Under the pieces are notes generated by a model. The model was not told the origin of the DNA. It made no database searches and saw nothing but the letters and a program-made list of their open reading frames with translations. Of a DNA stretch of 64,000 bases, positions 17,970 to 26,842 are shown piece after piece. Made by a program: the position numbers and the translations under genes. The stretch comes from Acidobacteriaceae bacterium (GTDB lineage: Bacteria > Acidobacteriota > Terriglobia > Terriglobales > Acidobacteriaceae), in NCBI GenBank assembly GCA_965199215.1, contig CBDAQY010000003.1, forward strand, positions 72,070 through 136,069. The letters run 5' to 3'. Each line of letters opens with the position of its first letter. The first letter of the stretch is position 1.

Positions 17970-19160
17970 TCACACTTGATCGAGCAATCCCTGCAGGTCT
18001 GCTGTGTACTCATCCAGCTTTTTTTGTCCACCGTTGAAATCTCTCGTATTCAGGATGAAGGCGGCATCGATACCGTTCGGCCTGGAATAAGTCATGCTGC
18101 TCGTTCCGGGCAGGCTGCCGCTGCGGCTCGAACGCGGTGCCCGGCCACCAAGCCCCCACACCGCATGGCGTGCGCTGAACAACGCAAGCGTCTCCGCGTT
18201 CGTCATTAGGCCACCGGCACTGTCGTGAAGTTCCGGGATATACCCCCCGCCATACGCCGACGGGACAAGGTCGCTCGACCTTGGCTTCAATGCCGTGGGC
18301 GCGGAGTTTGGGCAAACATACCAGACCTCTCGCGGGTTCTTCGCTGTATCAAGCAGACGTGAAAGGTAGACGTTCTCAACGTGAGTGTCCTGGCCAAGTC
18401 CTGTCCTGATGAAGTTGATGTAAGACTGTCCGCTCACCTTTTCAATCACCAGTCCAAGCAGCATGTATCCGAGGTTTGAATAAGACTTCTTATACGTGCT
18501 GTTGAAGTCCTGGCTGCCCGGCACAAACTGTAGTTGCTTGCCATACATGTACTGCGCTAGCTCCAGCTTCGAAGGAGGCCGATCTAACTTGAGTTCAAGG
18601 GCTATCCGCCGCACGGCGAACATGGGATCGCTGTCAGCTCCGGGAACATGGGTGCCGTCCTTCGCTATGACGCTTTCGTGATCATTCCATCCGCCCGCAT
18701 GGTCGACGAGATGCTGCACCGTAATCTCGTCAATGTGTGGGTCCGGCTTGTCTTTACGCACTGCGGGAGAACTGATTCCGAGCAACGGAAACACCTTTAC
18801 GTCCAGCTCTAGGTCGCCTCGCAAGTGAAGCGTTGTAATTGCAGAGCACGTAAACATCTTGCTGCAACTCGCAATCCTAAAAAGGCTGCTGCTATCGACA
18901 GGTGCGTAGCCCGAAGGTGGCTTCACTGCGTAAGAACGACTCAGGATGAGGGAGCCGTTACGGCAGATTGCGATCTGGCAGGCGCTCACCCCAGCCTGCT
19001 CCAGGAATCTCTTCGTCATGCCGTCAATCGCAACGCCGGTTGCGGACGCTGGAAAATCTGTCTGGCCCGCGCCCGGTAGTGTCGAGAACACAGAAAGAGT
19101 GCTACTTGGGCAGGCGAGAAATGTCGCGTAGGACTGAAGGAATTGGCGCCGCGACGTCAT
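17970..19160 (-). CDS. beta-lactamase-fold serine hydrolase with Tat-type signal
   Basis: MTSRRQFLQS leader, SxxK (SCSK) and YSN motifs. Lower GC by eye. Confidence 0.8.
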   Translation of the reverse strand: MTSRRQFLQSYATFLACPSSTLSVFSTLPGAGQTDFPASATGVAIDGMTKRFLEQAGVSACQIAICRNGSLILSRSYAVKPPSGYAPVDSSSLFRIASCSKMFTCSAITTLHLRGDLELDVKVFPLLGISSPAVRKDKPDPHIDEITVQHLVDHAGGWNDHESVIAKDGTHVPGADSDPMFAVRRIALELKLDRPPSKLELAQYMYGKQLQFVPGSQDFNSTYKKSYSNLGYMLLGLVIEKVSGQSYINFIRTGLGQDTHVENVYLSRLLDTAKNPREVWYVCPNSAPTALKPRSSDLVPSAYGGGYIPELHDSAGGLMTNAETLALFSARHAVWGLGGRAPRSSRSGSLPGTSSMTYSRPNGIDAAFILNTRDFNGGQKKLDEYTADLQGLLDQV

Positions 19161-19378
19161 GAACCTCTCCAGATAGTTTCATTTGGGCCCACAAATCTCA
19201 ACTACGTCTGTGAAGACTATCCCCTGATACCTCGCCAGAATCAAGTACTTTTGCTTGCTGCAGCCTCCATGTCTTGCCGCTTCCGCTCTATACCTCTGCT
19301 TTTGAAATTCTGCACCCTTGACCAGCGCCACTCATAATTCGCTCTTTGTTAGATCTGATAATTGCCGCTCGCCCTTAC

Positions 19379-20980
19379 CTAATGATTCGGCTTCGCAAGC
19401 CCCGCCGCCTTCAACAAATCCGCCCGAAACATCTCCATCATCTCCTCGCGTGATGCCTCATCACGCGCCCGCAAGATCGCCGAAGGATGCAGTGTCGCCA
19501 TCACCCGCTCCGCATATGGCGTACTCAACACCTCCCCGCGCTGCTTCATCAGCCCAAACGTCCCGCCCAGCATGGACTTCGCCGCCGAAGCCCCCAGGCA
19601 CAACACCACCTCTGGTCTGACGGCATCGATCTCTGCCAGCAGCCACGGTTTGCAGGCCATGATCTCTGAAAGCCGAGGATTCTGGTGCAGCCGCAGCTTA
19701 CCTCGTTGCACAAACTTGAAATGCTTAACCGCGTTGGTCACGTACACCAGCGAGCGATCGATTCCGACCTCCGCCAGCACCTGATCCAGCAGCCTCCCCG
19801 CTGGCCCAACGAACGGCAGTCCCTGTGTGTCTTCCTGGTCGCCCGGCTGCTCTCCCACCATCACCAGCCTCGCACCCACCGGCCCCTGCCCGCCGACCAC
19901 CTGGGTCGCATGGCAATAAAGCTCACATCCCTTGCAGGCTGGCAGTGCCTCTCGTATCGCTTCAAGCGTACGTTGCTGCGGCACGAAGGGCGCAGCAGAA
20001 GTCTTCTCCTCTTGCCTCGCAACCATCGCCTTCACCCGCGTCTTCGATTGCGTAATCAGCGTCGGCAGTGCTGCTACTTCGGGCAGGTTCTTCCAGTACC
20101 GCACCGGCATCTCGGAGCGCATCGCCTGCGGGTTCAGCCGCGCGGGATTGTAGATGCTTGCGTAGTAGCTCCGCCAAAGCGTCTCCAGCTCATCCTCATC
20201 CGGAGCCGACTCACGCGGCACGCCCGCCGACCAGATCAACTGCTTCGTTCCCGGGTCCCACGAAACACTTGCATCCGGCGTCAGAATGCTCCACCGCATA
20301 ATCGCAAATCGTTCTGCAAAGAAAGGCGCTGCCAGCGGCAGGATCCGATGATCAGGCTGATACCACGCGATGAAGTGTTCGCACTCGTCTTCCGTAAGTT
20401 CGGCGCCTGCGGTCTCCGGCTCGCATTGCTCGACCTCGCTCTTTGCGATACCGAACGGTGTCGGCGTCGCGAGCACCAGATGACGCGTCTCCACCGGCGT
20501 CTGCGACGCGGCCCTGGCGGGCGTCAGCACTTCGTCAAGCACCTCCGGGCGATGCTCCATAAGCAGGACCTCGCCTGGCCTCATCACCTTGCGGAACCGC
20601 ACAAAAGCGTGCATCTTGTGCAGATCGCGTTTCACCTGAGCAGCCAGCCGGTTCAACTCCGCTACGTCCGCATCAGTCTCAAGCCTCAGCAGATTGCGAT
20701 CACTCTGCAGGCGGTACAGCACCCGGTAGAGCAGGTTCCAGCGTTCCTTGCCGCGATGGACCGCCGCCACTTGCGCCTGCTCCAGGAAGCTCCTCGAGGT
20801 ATGTGGCTGCGCAATCGGACTTCCCGTTGGAACTGGTTCAAGCTCAAAGGAAAGTGCAAGCGTACTCGCGACTGCCGCATCCTGAAAGTCGATCTCCTGA
20901 GGCGCATAACCGTCATGCAGCGCATCCCGAGCCGCCTCCCGCCACGCCGTAAAGTCAGGTTGAACCAGAACACGCTTCAT
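19379..20980 (-). CDS. DUF4130-like domain fused to a UdgX/family-4-type uracil-DNA-glycosylase-fold domain
   Basis: The C-terminal half has GEQPGDQED, LPFVGPAG, NAVKHFKF, KLRLH and HPSAILR. The N-terminal ~250 aa resembles the TIGR03915/DUF4130 partner domain. Confidence 0.8.
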   Translation of the reverse strand: MKRVLVQPDFTAWREAARDALHDGYAPQEIDFQDAAVASTLALSFELEPVPTGSPIAQPHTSRSFLEQAQVAAVHRGKERWNLLYRVLYRLQSDRNLLRLETDADVAELNRLAAQVKRDLHKMHAFVRFRKVMRPGEVLLMEHRPEVLDEVLTPARAASQTPVETRHLVLATPTPFGIAKSEVEQCEPETAGAELTEDECEHFIAWYQPDHRILPLAAPFFAERFAIMRWSILTPDASVSWDPGTKQLIWSAGVPRESAPDEDELETLWRSYYASIYNPARLNPQAMRSEMPVRYWKNLPEVAALPTLITQSKTRVKAMVARQEEKTSAAPFVPQQRTLEAIREALPACKGCELYCHATQVVGGQGPVGARLVMVGEQPGDQEDTQGLPFVGPAGRLLDQVLAEVGIDRSLVYVTNAVKHFKFVQRGKLRLHQNPRLSEIMACKPWLLAEIDAVRPEVVLCLGASAAKSMLGGTFGLMKQRGEVLSTPYAERVMATLHPSAILRARDEASREEMMEMFRADLLKAAGLAKPNH

Positions 20981-21017
20981 CCGCTTAAACTTCTGATGCC
21001 TCGCGACGCAAGCAACT

Positions 21018-22271
21018 CTAAAGCGATCCGCTCAACGCACTGATCGGGGCAAAAAGATCGAGCTGCGCTGCGACCGCCTCAACAGGAGCTTCCCTTCGAC
21101 TCAGCGGCAGGTAGTCCGTGGTCACCAGGTAAGGCAGCCCCTGTTTCACACGCACATGCAGCTTGCGCAGGTCGTCCAGCATCAGCCGATGATACTTGCG
21201 GATAGAAAGGATCCGCTCAACATTCTTGTATCCGATCCCGGGTACCCGCAGGAGCGCCTCCTTCGGCGCGAAATTCACGTCCACGGGGAAGAACTCGGGG
21301 TGCGCCTTTGCCCAGCTCGTCTTCGGATCTTCAGTCAACGAAAGCGACGGGTTCTCCTCCGATGTCAGTTCACTCGCTTCAAAACCATAAAACCGCATCA
21401 GCCAGTCCGACTGATACAACCTGTGCTCGCGCACCAGCGGCGTAGGCTTCAGCGGCAGCCGCGTGTCGGCCTCGGGAAATGGTGAAAAGCCTGTGTAGTA
21501 CACCCGCTTCAACTTGTATTCGCCGTAGAGATGGGTCGCCGTCGAAAGTATCTGCCGGTCGCTTGCTGCCGTCGCTCCCACCACCATCTGGGTCGACTGT
21601 CCCGCCGCCGCAAACCGCTGAGGCTTTTTGTGCTCCGCCACGCGAGAAGCCCTGCGCTCCTCCTCAGACTCAATCGTCTTGGTGTGGATCTGACCCATCG
21701 TCGCTTCAATCACCGACGACTTCTTCTCCGGCGCAAGCTGCACCAGGTCCTTCTGTGTCGGCAGTTCGATGTTTGCCGACAGCCGGTCCGCAAACAGTCC
21801 GGCCTTTGCGATCAGTGCCTCGCTACAACCAGCGATCGTCTTCAGGTGGATGTATCCGCCGAAAGAATGCGTCTCCCGCAGCTTTCGCGCAACCTCAATC
21901 ACTTGCTCCATCGTGTAATCCGGCGATTGGATGATCCCCGAGGAAAGAAAAAGCCCCTCGATATAATTGCGTTTGTAAAAATCAAGCGTCAGGCTTACCA
22001 CCTCATCCGGCGTAAACCTCGCTCTTTGGATGTCCGATGAGACCCGGTTAACGCAGAAGACGCAGTCGTACGTGCAGTAGTTCGTCAACAGAATCTTCAG
22101 CAGGGAGACGCAACGCCCGTCCGGCGTGTAGGAATGGCAGATCCCTTCTCCATCGGAATGTCCAACACCTCTTCCGTTCCCCGCGCGCTTTGACCCAGAG
22201 GAGGCGCAGGACGCGTCGTACTTCGCTGCGTCCGCCAGGATCTCTAGTTTTTGCTGTAGGTTTATCATCAA
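21018..22271 (-). CDS. putative DNA modification/repair radical SAM protein
   Basis: CX3CX2C (CTYDCVFC) and a C-terminal helix-hairpin-helix PGIGYKNVERIL. It lies 37 bp upstream of the UDG-fold gene on the same strand. The ATG at 22268 is an alternative to the TTG at 22271. Confidence 0.85.
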   Translation of the reverse strand: MMINLQQKLEILADAAKYDASCASSGSKRAGNGRGVGHSDGEGICHSYTPDGRCVSLLKILLTNYCTYDCVFCVNRVSSDIQRARFTPDEVVSLTLDFYKRNYIEGLFLSSGIIQSPDYTMEQVIEVARKLRETHSFGGYIHLKTIAGCSEALIAKAGLFADRLSANIELPTQKDLVQLAPEKKSSVIEATMGQIHTKTIESEEERRASRVAEHKKPQRFAAAGQSTQMVVGATAASDRQILSTATHLYGEYKLKRVYYTGFSPFPEADTRLPLKPTPLVREHRLYQSDWLMRFYGFEASELTSEENPSLSLTEDPKTSWAKAHPEFFPVDVNFAPKEALLRVPGIGYKNVERILSIRKYHRLMLDDLRKLHVRVKQGLPYLVTTDYLPLSRREAPVEAVAAQLDLFAPISALSGSL

Positions 22272-22311
22272 GGGTGCGTTAGGCGCTCTTTGATTATAAG
22301 CGAAGTAAAAG

Positions 22312-22324
22312 CGAACTGTTCACG
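22312..22324. promoter_or_regulatory. candidate operator half-repeat CGAACtGTTCACG
   Basis: Lies in the divergent promoter region between the radical SAM gene and the MFS gene. A second copy is at 22371-22385. Confidence 0.3.
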
Positions 22325-22370
22325 TCCGGTGGAACTCCCCGATCTCACGGCGGCAGCACTTTTTTTGCAT

Positions 22371-22385
22371 CGAACAAAGTTCACG
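22371..22385. promoter_or_regulatory. candidate operator half-repeat CGAACaaaGTTCACG
   Basis: Second copy of the CGAAC..GTTCACG motif, 59 bp from the first. Confidence 0.3.
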
Positions 22386-22431
22386 AAGAGTCTTAGAAGA
22401 GAGCGAGATATTACAATCTGTTGGAGAGATT

Positions 22432-24045
22432 TTGCCTGAAACAGCCGTAGCCGAAAAACCAGCAGAGCAAGACCACGGCGCCTGGAAGCCGCAGGCCAAC
22501 CCGTGGCTTATCGCCGCCACAGTTGCCCTCGCTGCCTTCATGGAGGTCCTCGACACCTCCATCGCCAACGTGGCCCTGCCTCACATCGCGGGCAATCTTG
22601 GCGCCAGCACCGATCAGGGCACCTGGGTGCTCACCAGTTATCTCGTCTCGAACGCGATCATCCTTCCCGTCGGCGGATGGGCATCGTCCGTCATCGGGCG
22701 CCGCAACTTCTTCATGCTCTGCATCATCATCTTCACGATCTCGAGCTTCCTTTGCGGCCTCGCACCCAGCCTTCCCCTCCTGTTGCTCTTCCGCGTCTTT
22801 CAGGGAATCGGCGGCGGCGGTCTGCAGCCGATGGCGCAGGCCATTATGGCGGACTCCTTCGAAGAAAAGAAGCGCGGCCAGGCTTTCGCTCTCTACGGCC
22901 TCGTCGCCGTCCTCGCCCCCTCCATCGGCCCGACCATCGGCGGATGGATCACCGACAACTACTCCTGGCGCTGGATCTTTTACATCAACATTCCCGTTGG
23001 CATTCTGGCGCTCGTCTTGACCCAGCGCCTCGTGCAGGATCCGCCCTGGATTAAGGCCGACCGTAAGAATCTCCTAAACCTCGACTACGTCGGCCTAGGC
23101 TTTCTCACGCTCGCCATGGGCGGCCTTCAGATCATGCTCGATAAGGGTGAAGAGAACGACTGGTTCGCCTCCAACTTCATTCGTTCCTTTGGCATCATGT
23201 TCGTACTTGGCATGATCGGTCTCATCTGGTGGGAGTGGCAAAAGAAGAATCCGCTGATGAACATCAAGCTTTTCAAGTTCAAGAACTTCGCCATCTGCTG
23301 CCTGCTCATGATGCTGGTCGGCGGAGTCCTGAACGCCGCTACCGTCCTTCAACCACAGTTCCTGCAGCAACTCCTCGGGTACACAGCCACCAACGCTGGC
23401 ATGGCCCTCACCGCCGGTGGCATCGCACTCGTCATCGTCATGCCGGCAGCCGGCATCGCAACCGGAAAGTTCGCCGCTCGCAACCTCGCTGCTGTCGGAT
23501 TTGCCTTCTTCGCGGCCGCCTACTACTGGGTCTCCACCCACGTCACCCTCGACATGAGCTTCGGCGAGGCCTCGTTCCTCCGCGTCATTCAGATGATCCC
23601 CATCCCGTTCTGCTTCATCTCCATCACCAATGCCGCATACGTCGGCTTGCCTCGAGAGGCCTCCAATCAGGTCTCGGGCATTATTAACTTCGTCCGCAAC
23701 GTCGGCGGCAGCATCTTCATCGCCGTCACGGGAGCCCTCGTCACCAACCGCTCCCTCTATCATCAGTCTCGCCTCGCCGAGCACATGCAGTCCGCCAACC
23801 CGCAGTACCAGCAGCAGTCCCAGGCTCTCTCCGGATACTTCAGCGGCGCCGGTGTAGGCGGCGGAGCTGGAATGAATATGGCCCACGCCAGCATCTATCA
23901 GCAGTTGAACCAGCAGGCCTCCGCGATGGGATACATGGACGTCTACCGGATGCTCTGCTGGATGTCCTGCATCATGGTTCTCTTCGCCTTCCTCCTCAGC
24001 AAGAACCGTCCCGGCCAGGGTGCTCCCGAAGGCGCCGTCCACTAA
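22432..24045 (+). CDS. MFS transporter, DHA2 (EmrB/QacA-like, 14-TMS) family
   Basis: FMEVLDTSIANVALPHI, GWASSVIGRRN, LFRVFQGIGGG and a 537-aa length with about 14 hydrophobic segments. TTG start after GGAGAG. Confidence 0.85.
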   Translation: MPETAVAEKPAEQDHGAWKPQANPWLIAATVALAAFMEVLDTSIANVALPHIAGNLGASTDQGTWVLTSYLVSNAIILPVGGWASSVIGRRNFFMLCIIIFTISSFLCGLAPSLPLLLLFRVFQGIGGGGLQPMAQAIMADSFEEKKRGQAFALYGLVAVLAPSIGPTIGGWITDNYSWRWIFYINIPVGILALVLTQRLVQDPPWIKADRKNLLNLDYVGLGFLTLAMGGLQIMLDKGEENDWFASNFIRSFGIMFVLGMIGLIWWEWQKKNPLMNIKLFKFKNFAICCLLMMLVGGVLNAATVLQPQFLQQLLGYTATNAGMALTAGGIALVIVMPAAGIATGKFAARNLAAVGFAFFAAAYYWVSTHVTLDMSFGEASFLRVIQMIPIPFCFISITNAAYVGLPREASNQVSGIINFVRNVGGSIFIAVTGALVTNRSLYHQSRLAEHMQSANPQYQQQSQALSGYFSGAGVGGGAGMNMAHASIYQQLNQQASAMGYMDVYRMLCWMSCIMVLFAFLLSKNRPGQGAPEGAVH

Positions 24046-24089
24046 ATCGCCGGCTATCTGCTTCGGACGCCCTCCATCCCAATCAGGCC

Positions 24090-24117
24090 GTCCTTCTGAG
24101 CGGAGCGAAGAATCCCC
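24090..24117 (+). repeat. family B-related short variant
   Basis: gtccttctgagcggagcgaagaatcccc. Confidence 0.5.
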
Positions 24118-24272
24118 GTCTCTCGCACTCGAGGGGAGGGGACAAAGCTCCGTCTCAACGTTCTTCCGCATCTCGATCCAACTTATACTCAGCGCTCGCA
24201 ATCTCACCCAACGATGCACCGTCAAGCTATGTCGCGGAAGCGGCTGCTGGTGCGATCCAGGGGGAGACGACG

Positions 24273-24884
24273 ATGGCTTTACAGGATGTCCTGATTGACG
24301 AACTACGCGATATGTACAGCGCAGAGAACCAGCTCGTGAAAGCACTTCCGAAGATGGTCAAGGGTGCGAAGAGCTCCGAACTCAAGCAAATTCTGGCCGA
24401 CCACCTCAACGAGACCAAGGAACAGGTCCTCCGTCTCCGCACCGTCTTCGAGCAACTCGGCAAGAAGCCTACCGGCAAACACTGCAGCGGCATGGAAGGC
24501 GTCATCCAGGAGGGCACGGAAGCGCTTGAGGAAGACATGGACGACGCATCCTTCGACAGTGGCCTCATCGGGGCCGCGCTCCGCACCGAACATTACGAAG
24601 TAGCGGGTTACACGGCCTGCATTGCAATGGCTCACACGCTCGAACTCAACGACGCCATCGAACTGCTCCAGCAGAACCTCGACGAAGAGCTTGCTGCAGC
24701 GGAGAAAATCAAGGCCGCCTCTGAAGCCATCTTCCAGCAGGCCATGGACGAAGAAGAAGAGGACGAAGACTCCGAACCCGAGTCAAAGAAGCCGGCCAAG
24801 GAAAAGGCCGCAGAACGGAAGAGCAAGGAAGACGAGAAGGCCGCTGCACCGCAGGTCAAGAAGCGCTCCTCGAAGGTCGCCTAG
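24273..24884 (+). CDS. DUF892 (YciE/YciF-like ferritin-fold) protein with charged C-terminal tail
   Basis: LIDELRDMYSAENQLVKALPKM...HYEVAGYTA pattern. The last ~50 aa are an E/D/K-rich low-complexity tail. Confidence 0.8.
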   Translation: MALQDVLIDELRDMYSAENQLVKALPKMVKGAKSSELKQILADHLNETKEQVLRLRTVFEQLGKKPTGKHCSGMEGVIQEGTEALEEDMDDASFDSGLIGAALRTEHYEVAGYTACIAMAHTLELNDAIELLQQNLDEELAAAEKIKAASEAIFQQAMDEEEEDEDSEPESKKPAKEKAAERKSKEDEKAAAPQVKKRSSKVA

Positions 24885-24900
24885 CTTCATTCGCCATAAC

Positions 24901-24938
24901 CAGGCTCCCGTGTCTCGATCCTGAGACATGGGAGCCTG
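24901..24938 (+). repeat. repeat family C hairpin, terminator-like, between convergent genes
   Basis: caggctcccgtgtctc-gatcct-gagacatgggagcctg is a 16-bp stem with one G-T pair. Confidence 0.85.
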
Positions 24939-24942
24939 GTTG

Positions 24943-26538
24943 TCATGCCTTCAAGGAATCAGCAATCCTTTCAATCGCGTGATGCGCGGAAAGGATTGCT
25001 CCCTCCTGCCATCCCACCAAGTGCGAAAGATAATCTCCCGCAAAATAAGTCCGCCCTTCCGGCTTTTCTAACTGCGCGTAAGCCGGATCGCTCGAAGCCA
25101 GGTGATTATTTGCAAAACATCCAAGCGAGTACGGGATGCTGCTCCACTGCACATAGATGGGCTTCGTCAACAGGCTGCCCTTGCCCGGATGCAACGTCTC
25201 CACCGCCGACCTTGAAGCCTCGAGCTTCGCCTCTATCGTAGGCAGCGCTCCGAACGCCGTCGGCTTGAATGTATTCGTTCCCCCCATACCCATCCCGCCC
25301 ACGTCCTCACGCTCAGAGTTGAATCCTGACACAATCACCCCCGTCGGCGAGAACATCTTTGCGCTTGGATACCAGACCAGGTCCACCTTCTCCTTCGTAA
25401 ATGAAAGCCCGCCGTAAATGCGGTTCTCGGTTTCCCAGAATCTCGGCGCCTCCCACGCAATCTTGTAGAGCGCCGTCATCGGCATCCCTGAAAATGCCCT
25501 CTGCGTCGCCGCGGAAAAGTTGTTCTTCGTCTTCGCGAGCACCGAGATCGGCATCGTGCAGATACAAAAATCCCCGCTGATCGTCTTTGCCGCGCCGCCC
25601 TGCGTATACGTCGCCGTCACGCCGGTCGCTGTCGTCGTAATGTCGTTCACTGGGGCGCCGTAGTGGATCAATCCCTCCGGCAGCGCCCTGGCAAACCCAT
25701 ACGGAATCCGGTCCATCCCGCCCACCGGCTGGAACATCGTCGCCTGCCAGTCGATCTGCTCCTCGTAAAATTCGCCCTTCGAAAAGTCCGAGGCCAGCAG
25801 TTCCTTCAGCGAAAGCGGCTTGTTCAGCACTGACTTCGCCGGCCCGGCTCCGCGCGCCACTTGATATCCCGCCCGCGACGTTCCCGTGTACTTGGCCTTC
25901 TCGTCGAGGTCTCCATACCCCGACAGGAACTCCAGCATCTGCGCCTGCTCCTCTGCCGTCAACTCCTCATCGAGAGCATGTTTGTTCACCGCCTTCGACA
26001 ACAACTCGGCCATGTACCCGCGCGTGTCATGCATCACCTGTCGCTGCGGCACAGCCTTCCCGCCGTTCAACGCCGCCGACTGCATCAACGCCGAGCGCGA
26101 GAAGTTCACCTCAATCTCAAGCGGTACGCCGAGCTTCGAGCAGTAATCCAGCAGGTGCGTATGGATCGAAGGAATTCGCGCCGGGCCGGCATTCAGATAC
26201 CCGCCATCCGACCACGAGCAAGTCTGCTTCGTCCCATCCGTAAACTCCACCACCGACCCATCCCGCACCGACCACGACCGTCCCCCTGGCCTCTCTCGGG
26301 CCTCGATAATCGTGCACTCGAAGCCGGCCTTTCGCATCTCGAGCGCCGCCGTCAGCCCCGCAATCCCGGCGCCCAGAATGACTACCTTCTTGCCCCTGCC
26401 GAAATCCGCCGGAAGCTCCGGCAGCGGCGACTTGCCCGGGCTTGGCGTTAACCCGAGTGCATGCATCGCTGAAAATGCGGCGGAGTATCCGCCAATCTGC
26501 GCCAGGCGCTGAAGAAAGACACGTCGGGTGAGGCTCAT
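24943..26538 (-). CDS. flavin-containing amine oxidase family protein, Tat signal
   Basis: SLTRRVFLQRLA leader and KKVVILGAGIAGLTAALEMRKAGFECTIIEARERPGGR dinucleotide-binding motif. Confidence 0.8.
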   Translation of the reverse strand: MSLTRRVFLQRLAQIGGYSAAFSAMHALGLTPSPGKSPLPELPADFGRGKKVVILGAGIAGLTAALEMRKAGFECTIIEARERPGGRSWSVRDGSVVEFTDGTKQTCSWSDGGYLNAGPARIPSIHTHLLDYCSKLGVPLEIEVNFSRSALMQSAALNGGKAVPQRQVMHDTRGYMAELLSKAVNKHALDEELTAEEQAQMLEFLSGYGDLDEKAKYTGTSRAGYQVARGAGPAKSVLNKPLSLKELLASDFSKGEFYEEQIDWQATMFQPVGGMDRIPYGFARALPEGLIHYGAPVNDITTTATGVTATYTQGGAAKTISGDFCICTMPISVLAKTKNNFSAATQRAFSGMPMTALYKIAWEAPRFWETENRIYGGLSFTKEKVDLVWYPSAKMFSPTGVIVSGFNSEREDVGGMGMGGTNTFKPTAFGALPTIEAKLEASRSAVETLHPGKGSLLTKPIYVQWSSIPYSLGCFANNHLASSDPAYAQLEKPEGRTYFAGDYLSHLVGWQEGAILSAHHAIERIADSLKA

Positions 26539-26842
26539 GCGTATGGGCTCCGCTCCTGCAGCTATTTGAATTTTCTGTGAACAGCTTCAGTGTCACGGAA
26601 ACGGCCCGTCCGCGCAAGTCCCAACTCCCTGCCCCACAAACTCAGGAGCCCACACAACAACTTTGTGTGGGCACTAAGATGAATTCTCATCGACTCAAGC
26701 TAAGTGCGCCTAAGTAGTCGCGCCGCTACTGAGCGCGCCTGACAACGCCGTCACCCTGAACCCCGAACGGAATGAAGAAAAAGAGTTCCCGCACCAGCTA
26801 GCCACCCGGTCGGCATAAGCTTACCGGCTCCCACTTTACGCA

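Noticed and set aside
19685-21043. Long antisense ORFs opposite well-supported genes, for example 19685..21043 +, 37422..38789 +, 52921..54084 +, 56917..58140 -, 23095..24345 - and 40962..41777 +
   Set aside because: They are Arg/Pro/His/Ser-rich and have no recognisable motifs. They sit opposite genes with strong family signatures. These are typical shadow ORFs of high-GC DNA.
24129-24160. ECF-type promoter (GGGAC-N15-CGTT) upstream of the first DUF892 gene
   Set aside because: It matches only loosely. The second DUF892 paralog has no comparable motif upstream, and the ECF consensus of this lineage is unknown to me.
26648-26672. Perfect 10-bp stem hairpin gcccacacaa-caact-ttgtgtgggc as the terminator of the VWA gene
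   Set aside because: It lies 170 bp from the stop codon and has no T-tract on either strand. I kept it only as an unexplained hairpin.
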